A DNA stretch of 64,000 bases from a virus. Its lineage: Duplodnaviria; Heunggongvirae; Uroviricota; Caudoviricetes. Location: the IMG/VR virus record IMGVR_UViG_3300000976_000008, positions 303,223 to 367,222 of that record; one strand, 5' to 3'. The notes beneath the pieces were generated by a model, which saw nothing but the letters and a program-made list of their open reading frames with translations, ran no database searches and was not told where the DNA came from. The position numbers and the translations under genes were made by a program. This document shows, piece after piece, positions 8,622 to 18,728 of the stretch (its first letter is position 1; each line of letters begins with the position of its first letter).

Positions 8622-9650
8622 TTACTTTCCTGTAGACATAGCATTGAAAAGCAGCTTCATCTCATCAATGTTTAACTTAGAACCTGCAGAACCGTCAGCA
8701 TTGCGAGGCATTCGAAGAGCAGCATCATCAGTAACAATTCGATCAAGAACAGATCGTTGTTGACTGTCATTGATAGCTACTTCAAGGTTCAAACCACCTT
8801 GAGCACGTTGATTCCCGTGACAAGAAACGCATCGTTGCTTCAGAAGATTCGAAACATTTGTATTATTTGAAGTATCCGAAGTGAGAAGACTAAAATCTTG
8901 CTTAACAGCTTGAGGTTGCCCATGTCCACCACCCATCATTCGGGTATGTCCACCACCTCCACTGTTCTTGATTTGCTGCACGCTCATGTTTCCATCGCTA
9001 CCCTGCATCACTCGAAACTCGAATGATCTCTGAATAACTGCAGATTTATCACCTTGTGTCATCTCTAAAGCCATTCTAGCAGCTTGGCCTTGAGCGATAA
9101 TTTTAGCGACATCTGAACGGTTTTGACCTTCAGATTGAACAAGAGAAGCAAAGTCTGTTGCAGCTTGACCGGCGAGTTGTTGAGCCTGGTCTGTCAAACG
9201 AGCTGCTTGGTTGTAAAGCAAACCCATGTCCAAGTTACCCTGAGCTTGGGTAACTGACGAGTAGCCATAAACGGTTTGGCCTTGGGCAGCAATCGGTTGA
9301 GTGTAATTGACTGGAACCGGGATACCGACTAGATTGTTTACAACCGTAGTCTGTGCTTCAGTCTTTACTACCGGTGCCGGTGTGACAATTTGTTGTGCTG
9401 GTTGCACATAATTATTCACAACTGGCTGTGCTGGCTGCACGTAGTTGTTAACTACTGGTTGCTGCACTTGGATTTGGGGTTGGACATATGGCTGTTGGAC
9501 GACTTGTTCTGGCACGAACTGTCTTTGGTAGGTGAAGCCGCAACTATTCGTTGAACAGGCTACCTTTTGCCATTGCCAATCGGCCTGTGCCGATTCTGAG
9601 AATGCTAAGCATGATGCTGTAGCGAGAACTAAAAACATGATCTTCTTCAT
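8622..9650 (-). CDS. exported protein with C-terminal Planctomycete-type cytochrome c domain
   Basis: Signal peptide ending AQA; LLKQRCVSCHG...GGLNL...RMP gives CxxCH plus a likely Met axial ligand; VVNNYVQPAQ tandem repeat. Confidence 0.8.
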   Translation of the reverse strand: MKKIMFLVLATASCLAFSESAQADWQWQKVACSTNSCGFTYQRQFVPEQVVQQPYVQPQIQVQQPVVNNYVQPAQPVVNNYVQPAQQIVTPAPVVKTEAQTTVVNNLVGIPVPVNYTQPIAAQGQTVYGYSSVTQAQGNLDMGLLYNQAARLTDQAQQLAGQAATDFASLVQSEGQNRSDVAKIIAQGQAARMALEMTQGDKSAVIQRSFEFRVMQGSDGNMSVQQIKNSGGGGHTRMMGGGHGQPQAVKQDFSLLTSDTSNNTNVSNLLKQRCVSCHGNQRAQGGLNLEVAINDSQQRSVLDRIVTDDAALRMPRNADGSAGSKLNIDEMKLLFNAMSTGK

Positions 9651-11497
9651 TTGGATCTCCTCTGCTCTATCTTTGTTTGGGATTCAAGAGTTTTCATGGC
9701 ACGGAAAGCCGCGTCAGGGTAAACTTGTTCCCACTGAAGTCTATTGATCGATAACCCAGCTTTTAGAGCACCAATAATTGGGTCTTCTGGGCTAATTCCA
9801 ATAATATCCCTATTCAGCTTCGGCAGTATCTGGTTGATCTGATAAACTGCCTGGTTCCTCGGAACAACAAACCCTAATTCTAAACAAGCTTGTGTAGGGT
9901 CTACTAAGTCATAAACATAGTCCCCATAGATATTTGACACCAATAATGATACTTCAGGAACCTGCATTCCATTAGTAGCACGATAAACGGCATCAGTATA
10001 ATCGTTTCTTGCTCTCCTTATAGGTTTATCTAAATCACCAGAGTATAGACCAGATAATCTGTCTAATTGTTCAGAAATCGTAGTTTTACTTGATAAATCA
10101 CCGAAGATATCAAGTTGTCCCTTCATCATAGTTTGGACTTCATTAGCAAAAGGCTTGAATCCCTCATCGGGGCCATGACATCTGATACAACTGATAGCAG
10201 ACTGTAATCTTCTAGGATGCGGAGTAGGAATTGTATGGTCAGCGGCAATGTTTGGAGGAACCTCATCTTGCAAAGCACCATTTGAATCGAACAAAACGAA
10301 AAGATGCAAACCGTTCGAACCGAATTCACCAGCTCTTTCTGCAATTACCTCTCGTGCCCTATCCTTGAATTCCAACAGATTCCTAAACGGATCTCTCTGC
10401 GGATCAGTGTCATTATCGAAGGCATCGTGTGTTATAGTGATAAGACCAGTACCAGCCCCAGGTCTCACACCTTGACCTTGGAAGAATTCCAATTGGCGAG
10501 CTTTACCAGTAACCAATGACCTAAACATTGCAGCTCTTTGGTCGGATCTTAGATTTTCAACTATTTGTTGGCTCGCACCTAAAGCTCTAAGAACAATATC
10601 TTGATCTGATTCTTTACTTCCTGCTTTCTTGGCTCTGCTAATAATTCCTCGTATACCACTAAAGTCATAATATAATCCCCCATCGATAGAGGTCAATACT
10701 CTGACTAAAAAGAAGTCGTATCTTGAGATCATCGCATTACTTTGACCCATCCCTTGGAGCATTACTCCACTGGCTGGGTTTACGTGTGCTCCATAAACTG
10801 GAACTAAACCGACATTTTTAACGTTGAGCTTTTGTTGTATCCATTCTCCATGTTCTAGGATATAAGTCACATTAGTTGATGATCTGAACCATATATCATT
10901 ACCAACTTTAAATCTCATTGAACCTGGCGGATCATTTATTCGAGATTTAATGTTTATGGCGTTAGGCGGTAGAGCATCGGCAGTGGTTTTAGTGATATGG
11001 AAGTATGGTTCGAAAGCCAGTTTTTCCCAGAGTTCATGCAATTCAGCGTAGTGTTCTTCTCTTGGTGCCAGTCTTCTTAGGTCATATCGCATTAGGCGAC
11101 CACCTGCGACTGATTCTGGCTGGATTATACTGCTGGCTCGTGATACTGCGGTATTGACGACATAATTCATTGCTGAGAATTTACGTCGGTCGCCATCAGG
11201 TATCCAGATATATCTCTGGTACGGTCGGGAAGCACGTGGAAGTGTTTGCATATCTGCAAGGGCAAAAGCCATTGCGTCTCTGGGGTGCGGAGCTGCTGTT
11301 AGTTCACCAAACTGGACTGTTTCAGTTTGGATTCTTCCAGGAGATACTAAATCGAAATTCGGATTAATTCCTGTGGGGCCAGTCGCGGGTCCAGCACCAC
11401 TAGGATCTACTAATTGAAAATCTCTTTGTTGCCCATGGACAGAATCTACAACTATTAAGCTCGCAGCTACGACGAATAAGTATGCGATCTTTGACAT
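9647..11497 (-). CDS. exported large monoheme c-type cytochrome-like protein
   Basis: Signal peptide; NGLHLFVLFDSNG.LQDEVPPNIAAD...SAISCIRCHG with a single CxxCH; ATGA-coupled to the next gene. Confidence 0.7.
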   Translation of the reverse strand: MSKIAYLFVVAASLIVVDSVHGQQRDFQLVDPSGAGPATGPTGINPNFDLVSPGRIQTETVQFGELTAAPHPRDAMAFALADMQTLPRASRPYQRYIWIPDGDRRKFSAMNYVVNTAVSRASSIIQPESVAGGRLMRYDLRRLAPREEHYAELHELWEKLAFEPYFHITKTTADALPPNAINIKSRINDPPGSMRFKVGNDIWFRSSTNVTYILEHGEWIQQKLNVKNVGLVPVYGAHVNPASGVMLQGMGQSNAMISRYDFFLVRVLTSIDGGLYYDFSGIRGIISRAKKAGSKESDQDIVLRALGASQQIVENLRSDQRAAMFRSLVTGKARQLEFFQGQGVRPGAGTGLITITHDAFDNDTDPQRDPFRNLLEFKDRAREVIAERAGEFGSNGLHLFVLFDSNGALQDEVPPNIAADHTIPTPHPRRLQSAISCIRCHGPDEGFKPFANEVQTMMKGQLDIFGDLSSKTTISEQLDRLSGLYSGDLDKPIRRARNDYTDAVYRATNGMQVPEVSLLVSNIYGDYVYDLVDPTQACLELGFVVPRNQAVYQINQILPKLNRDIIGISPEDPIIGALKAGLSINRLQWEQVYPDAAFRAMKTLESQTKIEQRRSK

Positions 11498-11527
11498 GAT
11501 TCAATCTCGATCTTTTTCATGATAATC

Positions 11528-12013
11528 CTATCCAAAAGGGTCAACCCAAGATAAGACATCACCAGTTACGACACCAACTGGTATCCCATTAGCGTCCAGA
11601 TCTCCCCACACAACGTCGTCGGTTGAGTCATCTGGATTAGCCCAATGGGGGCCATCAATAACAATGAATTCCACCTCATCTGAAACAGAACTGTCTAAAT
11701 GATGCAAGAATGGGTCGGACGGACCTTTCTCGCATGGGAAATTCATTTGAATATAATCTTCGAAATGAGACTGTCCTTCAGCTACTATCTCATATCCGTC
11801 CTGTATATATCTAATAATCTGCCTTCTTACAGATATCATTCCTTTGCGAAATAGAACTCCATTCTTGACGAACCCCTGTGGTTCCTCACCAATGATAAAC
11901 GGGGTTCTAATAATTGTAGTTATATCGATGTTACCATTCACAGTCTCCCAATCAACTTGGTACTGTTGCTCGTACTCATCGCTATAAAAGATACTATTAG
12001 AACTAGCAATCAT
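11528..12013 (-). CDS. acidic hypothetical protein
   Basis: 161 aa, upstream of the cytochrome genes on the same strand. Confidence 0.6.
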   Translation of the reverse strand: MIASSNSIFYSDEYEQQYQVDWETVNGNIDITTIIRTPFIIGEEPQGFVKNGVLFRKGMISVRRQIIRYIQDGYEIVAEGQSHFEDYIQMNFPCEKGPSDPFLHHLDSSVSDEVEFIVIDGPHWANPDDSTDDVVWGDLDANGIPVGVVTGDVLSWVDPFG

Positions 12014-12106
12014 GAAATATCTACGTAGATTACCGCAACCAGAGTCTCATTATTAGTTTTGGTCGTCAATATCTAAAGATCGAAACCAATAATTGAAAGT
12101 AAATCG

Positions 12107-15100
12107 ATGGCTGAATTAAAAGACCGGAACAATCCGAGTTTTTCACTGTTTCCCGTCAACAACAATAGAACAGCCTGGAAACCCTTCGGACTACCAGTAA
12201 TACTAGTAGTTCCACATATGCGAACCGCCGAAGGCGTAGGAATCGCCAACAGCCACGTTTCGAACGTCCGCATCTTCATAGAAGACGTACCAAGAGAAGC
12301 AAGAGTAGCCGGACACGACCACGTAGGGCTTCGTTTCCCCGATCGAGAATTATACGCAGAAAGTATCAATGCCCTAGAACTAGCAGATAGAGTAATTGAT
12401 GTCAATAACCTCGAAATAAGAAATGCTACAACCAACGAAATCGTAACGCCAGAAGATGCTAGAAGCGGAGATATATTCTCCTACACTACAGCAACAGGCG
12501 TGTCAGATACACTAGAATATCGAGTCGGGGCCACATATTACGACCTGTCCGACATTTTAATCGACGTCGAACTACTCCCATCTGATGACTATAATCTTGT
12601 ATATCATACAGAATATTTCACAAGAGTAGTATCAACTGACGGAAGAGAAGATTTCCTCTGCATTGACACACTCAACGGTGCAATCAGCCTTCTCAAATTC
12701 CGAATTAAGCACCCAGGACCAGTCTTAGAAGAATTCTACAGACACACTCCACCACCATACCTCACTAATTCATCAAAGGCAACAGATACAACAGTAGAAT
12801 TGTATCGACCATTCACAGACTCATTACAAAACATCTCAGATGAGCAGGAATTATTAGAGTCAATTAACTGGGTTTTTAACGTCCCAGCCGAAGCAGTCCC
12901 ATACTTATCACAATTATTAGGATGGGACCTACCATACTTCCCAGAATCTCTTGATAAACTAAGACGTGCAGTTCTTAGAAGAACAGTAGAGTTTCAAAAT
13001 CTCGCTGGTTCCAGAAGAGCTATTGTCAATCTATTCAGATTATTTGGGTTTGAAATCCTCATAAGTAATCTGTGGTGGTCGTCTGATGGAAGAAGGTTCA
13101 TCAGACCACAAGAAAGATTGCCAGCCCCATATCAAGACGAAGAAATTAGCATCAAAGAACAATGTCAAATTGACATTGTTCTAGAAGGCTGGTCAAGCAA
13201 TCAAACGGGACCAATAAATCAACCTAGTTTCGGAGTCTTTGAAGTTCCACTCCTATTTAGACCACAAGAAGAAGTTGGTCTAGACGACTTCAATTCTATT
13301 AAGGATGGCGGAGATGTAACAATCGATGCATATGTCGTAGAAAGAGGAAGTGATGCAGAAGCAGCATTGATAGAGATTGCTGGTTCAATCAAGGCAGACC
13401 CAATTAATTATGGGCATGAAACAGGATGTGATGAAGAAATAAGTGGCTTCATTCACTCCAGAGAAATCACTGACAAATTAACAGGGAAGCAGATCGTAGG
13501 ATATAGCCAGATCCTAATATCTGGCAAACTAGGCAAAGGAATCGATGAGACTTTAGTCGGCCCAGAAATTCCGATTAGAAGAGAAGGCGTCAGATTCGAC
13601 CGAGAGAATAACAATTTAAGTATCAGTTTGAATCGCGTTATCGATAGCAGAAACACCGTTCTCTACTGCTTCGCAACTTACAAAAAACAGACATTAATCG
13701 TTCCTGAAGCTATTGCCCATCTTCAGAGTAACCGATTCGATGTCCAAATTCTCGCAGAAACACTAAAAGAATTTGCAGATCCGATAACCCTAGAATTCGC
13801 ATTAGAATTCTTGTTCAGATTGAAAGCCTTCCACAGTCTTCTTAATAAGATCGTGCTAAGAGTCGATCTAACTGAGACGTATGAGGTAACAGATCTGTGT
13901 ATCGGAGGAGACGTAGAACAGAGGTATGATACTGATATCGGGATGCTTCAAGTTCCGCCAGCCATCATCCCAGAAATCCCAACAGATATCAATGATTGCA
14001 CTAGGTTAGATGCTCAAAACTTAGGCTATAAAGACGAAGATATCACACTCCGTCTACGAAAACTGGCTAACATGCCAGAAGAGCACGAAATATGGAAATC
14101 TCTTGATGACAGAGAAGCTCAACAACCAAATGGAGAACGTCTAGGATTAGCACAACCAGCACCTGGTCGTGAAGAATGTAAATTCACTCATCATGGTCAA
14201 GATCGAATATCATCAAAAGCTGAGAGAATCGAATTAAGAGGTTCGCAATTCGGGCCACATCCAAATTCTGGGAATGGAGATGCTGGATTCTATAGAAATC
14301 CTGACATCTCTCCATCCGATGGCTCAATCAATGGTAACTTCGACGCAACAGGACCAACAGTCTCCTCAAATGGGTATAGTGGCGATTACGGTTTATTCAC
14401 TAGAGAGTATACCGACATCAGAGTGCCAATCTGCGAATTGGATGGCGTAACTGACTACTGTTATAAAGGTAGAGTAGACGACGAATTACTCTACAGACCA
14501 ACACTGGATCAGAGCGAATGGTTCTCCACAAAACCATGCAGCATAGCAATCGGAAACGGAGTCTACTGGACTTATCCGACTTACAGTGCAGTAACAAGAG
14601 CTGGCGTTTCTAGGCCATGCCCTAGCAGTAAAACTCAAAGACAGAGATTCTCTGGTGGTGCGAACGCTGGAAATATAAGGCACTTCCTATCAGGGTTCCA
14701 AGAAGAGTATCTTACAGCACCATATAACCAAAAACTGCCAAAGAAGAATGATAATTATCTCGGCAGGTTGTATAGAGATTATGATACTCCAGATAATCAG
14801 ACTCTGCATTTCACTAATAGGAAGCACGGATACGAAAACGATCAACGTCGTAATCTAGCCCTAGAAAGACCCAATTTAGGAATTGCTAAAGCTACATTGC
14901 ACCTTCCTGGCTGCAGATTCATAACGATGAATGCTTTAAAAGACGATTTTTCAAGTCCTGTTTGGGACGCTCGTCCTTGGGATGATCCACATAGCATGTA
15001 TTGTGGCCCGAGCATTTGTGGTGATCGAGAGCCCAAAATGCTTAATGTGACGAAAGAAATCAGGAGTGATGGAAATGAGTACCTCGTTTTTGATAATGAG

Positions 15101-15718
15101 CCATATACTGCACTTGGGAATGGTCTTGACCCAGATATTCCTTCTCTTGGCGATCATTTTTCGATTACAAATTTCACCGAAGATGATGTAATTCATAAAG
15201 TCTACATGAAGGATGCTGAATCTAGTCCATATGTTACTCTTGATTCAGTAAGTGAATATGGTACGGCGACGGATGGTACAATAAGAACAACGGAACCGAT
15301 GTTCACGAGTTTTAATGAATGTAACACTGGAATTTATTTGGATTTTGTTGATGGTTATGCCAGCGAATCAGGGTTTGTTCCGTATACTTCGGGATCTAGC
15401 AATTATCCGAGCGTCTTGCTCGCACTGGGTCTTGAACTCAATCTAACATCACCTAGTCAGATGTTGTTCTTACTTGGCTCAGGGATTTTGTTTGAAGATG
15501 GCTTGCGTCTTGATTGTGGTTGTCTCTTAATCGATTGTGGAACAGGTCAACCAGATGAAGGTATTTGTAGCACCGCAGATTTCATTGATTCAGATGGTGA
15601 GTATGACTGGGAACCTGATCATATGCAGATCACCCCTATACTGACCGAGGTCGAAAGTTTTGGCACACACTCCGCACAACTTGATGGAGCAATACCCTCA
15701 ATGCTCGAAACAATCTAA
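12107..15718 (+). CDS. large baseplate wedge / tail protein with P2 gpI-like domain
   Basis: PYLSQLLGWDL...LRRAVLRRTVEFQNLAGSRRAIVNLFRLFGF and a later LKAFHS match the gpI-like wedge pattern; 1203 aa, acidic. Confidence 0.7.
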   Translation: MAELKDRNNPSFSLFPVNNNRTAWKPFGLPVILVVPHMRTAEGVGIANSHVSNVRIFIEDVPREARVAGHDHVGLRFPDRELYAESINALELADRVIDVNNLEIRNATTNEIVTPEDARSGDIFSYTTATGVSDTLEYRVGATYYDLSDILIDVELLPSDDYNLVYHTEYFTRVVSTDGREDFLCIDTLNGAISLLKFRIKHPGPVLEEFYRHTPPPYLTNSSKATDTTVELYRPFTDSLQNISDEQELLESINWVFNVPAEAVPYLSQLLGWDLPYFPESLDKLRRAVLRRTVEFQNLAGSRRAIVNLFRLFGFEILISNLWWSSDGRRFIRPQERLPAPYQDEEISIKEQCQIDIVLEGWSSNQTGPINQPSFGVFEVPLLFRPQEEVGLDDFNSIKDGGDVTIDAYVVERGSDAEAALIEIAGSIKADPINYGHETGCDEEISGFIHSREITDKLTGKQIVGYSQILISGKLGKGIDETLVGPEIPIRREGVRFDRENNNLSISLNRVIDSRNTVLYCFATYKKQTLIVPEAIAHLQSNRFDVQILAETLKEFADPITLEFALEFLFRLKAFHSLLNKIVLRVDLTETYEVTDLCIGGDVEQRYDTDIGMLQVPPAIIPEIPTDINDCTRLDAQNLGYKDEDITLRLRKLANMPEEHEIWKSLDDREAQQPNGERLGLAQPAPGREECKFTHHGQDRISSKAERIELRGSQFGPHPNSGNGDAGFYRNPDISPSDGSINGNFDATGPTVSSNGYSGDYGLFTREYTDIRVPICELDGVTDYCYKGRVDDELLYRPTLDQSEWFSTKPCSIAIGNGVYWTYPTYSAVTRAGVSRPCPSSKTQRQRFSGGANAGNIRHFLSGFQEEYLTAPYNQKLPKKNDNYLGRLYRDYDTPDNQTLHFTNRKHGYENDQRRNLALERPNLGIAKATLHLPGCRFITMNALKDDFSSPVWDARPWDDPHSMYCGPSICGDREPKMLNVTKEIRSDGNEYLVFDNEPYTALGNGLDPDIPSLGDHFSITNFTEDDVIHKVYMKDAESSPYVTLDSVSEYGTATDGTIRTTEPMFTSFNECNTGIYLDFVDGYASESGFVPYTSGSSNYPSVLLALGLELNLTSPSQMLFLLGSGILFEDGLRLDCGCLLIDCGTGQPDEGICSTADFIDSDGEYDWEPDHMQITPILTEVESFGTHSAQLDGAIPSMLETI

Positions 15719-16361
15719 TATCTGCTTCGTATCGATGCAACGGTCAGGGCATCATGCGATTCTAAATTGGATTGCTGGCCACTATGAAACTGCAAGAATA
15801 CGCAACGATATAAGTTCTCTCGATGAATCGAGAACTGTAAAGAGCAGTGGTGAGGGACATTGTGATATATCCAATGTCGAAGATCACACAATAGCTGACT
15901 CATTAAGTGTAATAAAAGACAAGCTAGAAACAGATCCTCTGATAATTCTCGTCGTCAGAGATCCATACAATCTTTTTGCTAGCAGATTATCAGCAAGATT
16001 CATAGTTCGCTCTGGTGATATCTCAGACCGATCAAAAGCGATGTGGATAGATCACGCTAAAAGTTTCATTGGCGGAAGATTTTTTGGAATCTCGTATAAT
16101 GAATGGTTCACAAACAAAGAATATCGGATGAAAATCGCCGAGAAGCTTAGCCTCGATTATAACGAAGATAGGCTACTACAAGTGCCAGGCTTCGGATATG
16201 GATCAAGTTTTGATGAAACCAAATACAACGATAACGCTAAATCAATGAAAGTTTTAGAGAGATGGAGACAGCACATTAAAAATGCAGAATATGCTGAATT
16301 CATCAGAGATGAAAACCTAACCAAGCTCTCAAGTAAGATATTCGATCCATGCTTCTTTTAG
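15660..16361 (+). CDS. sulfotransferase-like protein
   Basis: N-terminal SMQRSGHHAILNW (5'-PSB-like loop), VVRDPYNLFASR (3'-PB-like) and ISYNEW. True start is probably downstream of 15660. Confidence 0.7.
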   Translation: MAHTPHNLMEQYPQCSKQSNICFVSMQRSGHHAILNWIAGHYETARIRNDISSLDESRTVKSSGEGHCDISNVEDHTIADSLSVIKDKLETDPLIILVVRDPYNLFASRLSARFIVRSGDISDRSKAMWIDHAKSFIGGRFFGISYNEWFTNKEYRMKIAEKLSLDYNEDRLLQVPGFGYGSSFDETKYNDNAKSMKVLERWRQHIKNAEYAEFIRDENLTKLSSKIFDPCFF

Positions 16362-17134
16362 CACAAACCAATAGCGATATTGGTACCATTCCAAATGGTT
16401 TCAAGAGAGAGCTAGAGACATTAAAGATCTTCAGCTCAAATCACTCCATAGACGAAATTGAAGGCAGAAAAATAGATGTAAAAATCCTCGTCGGAAACGT
16501 ACCCCAAGAAGTCCTCAAAGAACAAAAAGACATACCCTATCTCTGGATGCCGTTAGGCTCGAAACAATATGAAATATTCGAACATGTATGCGGTGTAATA
16601 TCTCGAACCAAAGCAGAACAAGAAAAACTGCCATTCGAATCGACTTACATCAGACCAGTTGTTGCAGGAATATTTGGAGCTAAATCAGACCAAACAAGAG
16701 ATCTCGTGACCACCGATGATCTCTATACATCAAGAAGTCCACACTCCAAGGTAGTAAACACAGCTAGAGAATGTAAATTCCCAACTATTGTGACAGGCTT
16801 CCCAACTAAACAAGCAACCAGAAAAGATGAAGCCTATCAAATTAGACCAACTGTCACTCTACTGAAAGAGATCTACAGCAAATCCCGAGTTTTCATATGC
16901 GAAAATGTACGTCAAATCAACTCAGCACATGAAGCTTTAGCATGTGGATGTAGAGTAATGGTACATAATAGAGTAGATCTCGAAGGATCGGGAATAACAA
17001 AATATAATGACGAGACATTTATAGAAACAATGCAAAAGTGTTATAGAGCACCAATCATTGGCCAGCAACAAACCAGTAACGTTGAACAATTTCAAAACGC
17101 AATAGATTCCATCCTAGCTGAAATATTAGCATGA
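16349..17134 (+). CDS. GT-B (GT4-like) glycosyltransferase, divergent
   Basis: IYSKSRVF...EALACGCRV resembles the GT4 Y..A.vf...EAMA.G.PV motif. Confidence 0.6.
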   Translation: MLLLAQTNSDIGTIPNGFKRELETLKIFSSNHSIDEIEGRKIDVKILVGNVPQEVLKEQKDIPYLWMPLGSKQYEIFEHVCGVISRTKAEQEKLPFESTYIRPVVAGIFGAKSDQTRDLVTTDDLYTSRSPHSKVVNTARECKFPTIVTGFPTKQATRKDEAYQIRPTVTLLKEIYSKSRVFICENVRQINSAHEALACGCRVMVHNRVDLEGSGITKYNDETFIETMQKCYRAPIIGQQQTSNVEQFQNAIDSILAEILA

Positions 17135-17952
17135 CAATCCAAGATCGAATAAAATTCGCACACGCACATCCAGATTGCATTAAGACATGTGCACTAACAT
17201 ATAATAGCAAAGCAATACCTCACTTGGTTAAGACTGACATCTGGCCAAATGCCGCCTCAGATAACCTAATAGTCAGAGATGAACAAAACCAGAAAAGAGA
17301 AATCAGATCAAAAACCCTAATTAGATCTTTCATTACCGAAGGACTCAAAGGAAAGAAATTTCTAGACTTCGGTGCAGGAAATGATGTGACAGCAAGAGCA
17401 GCAATAGAAGCTGGAGCAAGCGTATCGGTCGCCTACGATAAAGTCCCATCGAAAGGTGTGACCACCAATTGGGAAGAAGTAGTTGAAAAAGGGCCGTACG
17501 ATGTAATATTACTCTTCGATGTGGTTGACCATCTAACTCATCCAGATGGTTCAATTCTAAACCCAAATCCTGATCAAATCAGTGCAGTCTTAAAAGAAGT
17601 TGCCAAAGTTCTCAAAAAAGATGGGACAGCCTATGTTAGGTGTCATCCTTGGACTTCAAGGCATGGTACACATTGCTACATGTCGAACAATAAAGCTTTC
17701 TCTCATTACATATCCGATACGTATGATGCAATTCCAACAATAAAAATCACAACGCCTGTAGGAACATATAAGAATAGTTTCACAAGAGCTGGTTTCAAAA
17801 TCCAGCAACAGAAAACTATTGAAAATCCGTTGGAGAAATTTTTCAATAGTGAAGCCTTTAAAAGCTTCAGCAGACACTATAGCAAAGCGAATGTTTGGAT
17901 GTTCAGAAAGATCATGACATTCACTTTCATTGATTACAAGCTCAAAAAATAA
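17131..17952 (+). CDS. class I SAM-dependent methyltransferase
   Basis: FLDFGAG, YDVILLFDVVDHL, LKKDG. Confidence 0.85.
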   Translation: MTIQDRIKFAHAHPDCIKTCALTYNSKAIPHLVKTDIWPNAASDNLIVRDEQNQKREIRSKTLIRSFITEGLKGKKFLDFGAGNDVTARAAIEAGASVSVAYDKVPSKGVTTNWEEVVEKGPYDVILLFDVVDHLTHPDGSILNPNPDQISAVLKEVAKVLKKDGTAYVRCHPWTSRHGTHCYMSNNKAFSHYISDTYDAIPTIKITTPVGTYKNSFTRAGFKIQQQKTIENPLEKFFNSEAFKSFSRHYSKANVWMFRKIMTFTFIDYKLKK

Positions 17953-18728
17953 TGCTTCAGTATACTTCGGAACATTATAATCACAATCCAAAACTGCACA
18001 TAATCACTATATATTTCGGGAATTCCGAAAGAAATGAGAAATGGTTAGAACTTCAAAAGAAGTTCATCAGAGAAAATACGACCATACCATATAGATTAAG
18101 CTTCTTTCTCGATCAATGTGATAAGAAATTATTCGATCATCTCGATGTCGTAGAAGTGAGTGTAACACCAGAAGCAAGAATGGAAAAAAGCCACTTAAAC
18201 AATCTAGAGAAAGCAGTAGCTCACTTCGACGCATCATGTGATTATTGTCTCATTCTAGATAGTGATTGCTTTCCAATTTCAGAAGGATGGCACGAACGAT
18301 TAGCCAACCAAATGAAAAGATTCAAATTTCAAATGGCTGCTCCAGTGAGAACAGAGAACTTGGATACCTTCCCGCATCCATGTGCTATGTTCATGACAAG
18401 GCAAGGCGTAAAGGATCTGAAATTAACTCTCGATGGTGGGAAGAATCTCTTAGATAAAAAAGTAGTAGATCCAACTTGCAAAAATAGGTGCTTCCCGTTG
18501 GTTCGAACTAACAGGATTAATTTGCATTATCTGGTTGCAGGTGTTTATTATGACATGTTCTACCATCATGGTGCGGGATCTAGAAACACCTACTTCAGAC
18601 TCTCTAATGCATTGGGTTATTATAAGCCCGATCAAAAAAGGTTAGTCGAAATCTACGAGAAATTCATAAAAAATCCGAAAAGATTCATTTCTAAATTGAT
18701 GACACCTATTGATATTGATGAATTATGA
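17952..18728 (+). CDS. putative GT-A glycosyltransferase
   Basis: YCLILDSDCFP DxD motif; HP..MF; YHHGAGS; cluster context. Confidence 0.6.
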   Translation: MLQYTSEHYNHNPKLHIITIYFGNSERNEKWLELQKKFIRENTTIPYRLSFFLDQCDKKLFDHLDVVEVSVTPEARMEKSHLNNLEKAVAHFDASCDYCLILDSDCFPISEGWHERLANQMKRFKFQMAAPVRTENLDTFPHPCAMFMTRQGVKDLKLTLDGGKNLLDKKVVDPTCKNRCFPLVRTNRINLHYLVAGVYYDMFYHHGAGSRNTYFRLSNALGYYKPDQKRLVEIYEKFIKNPKRFISKLMTPIDIDEL

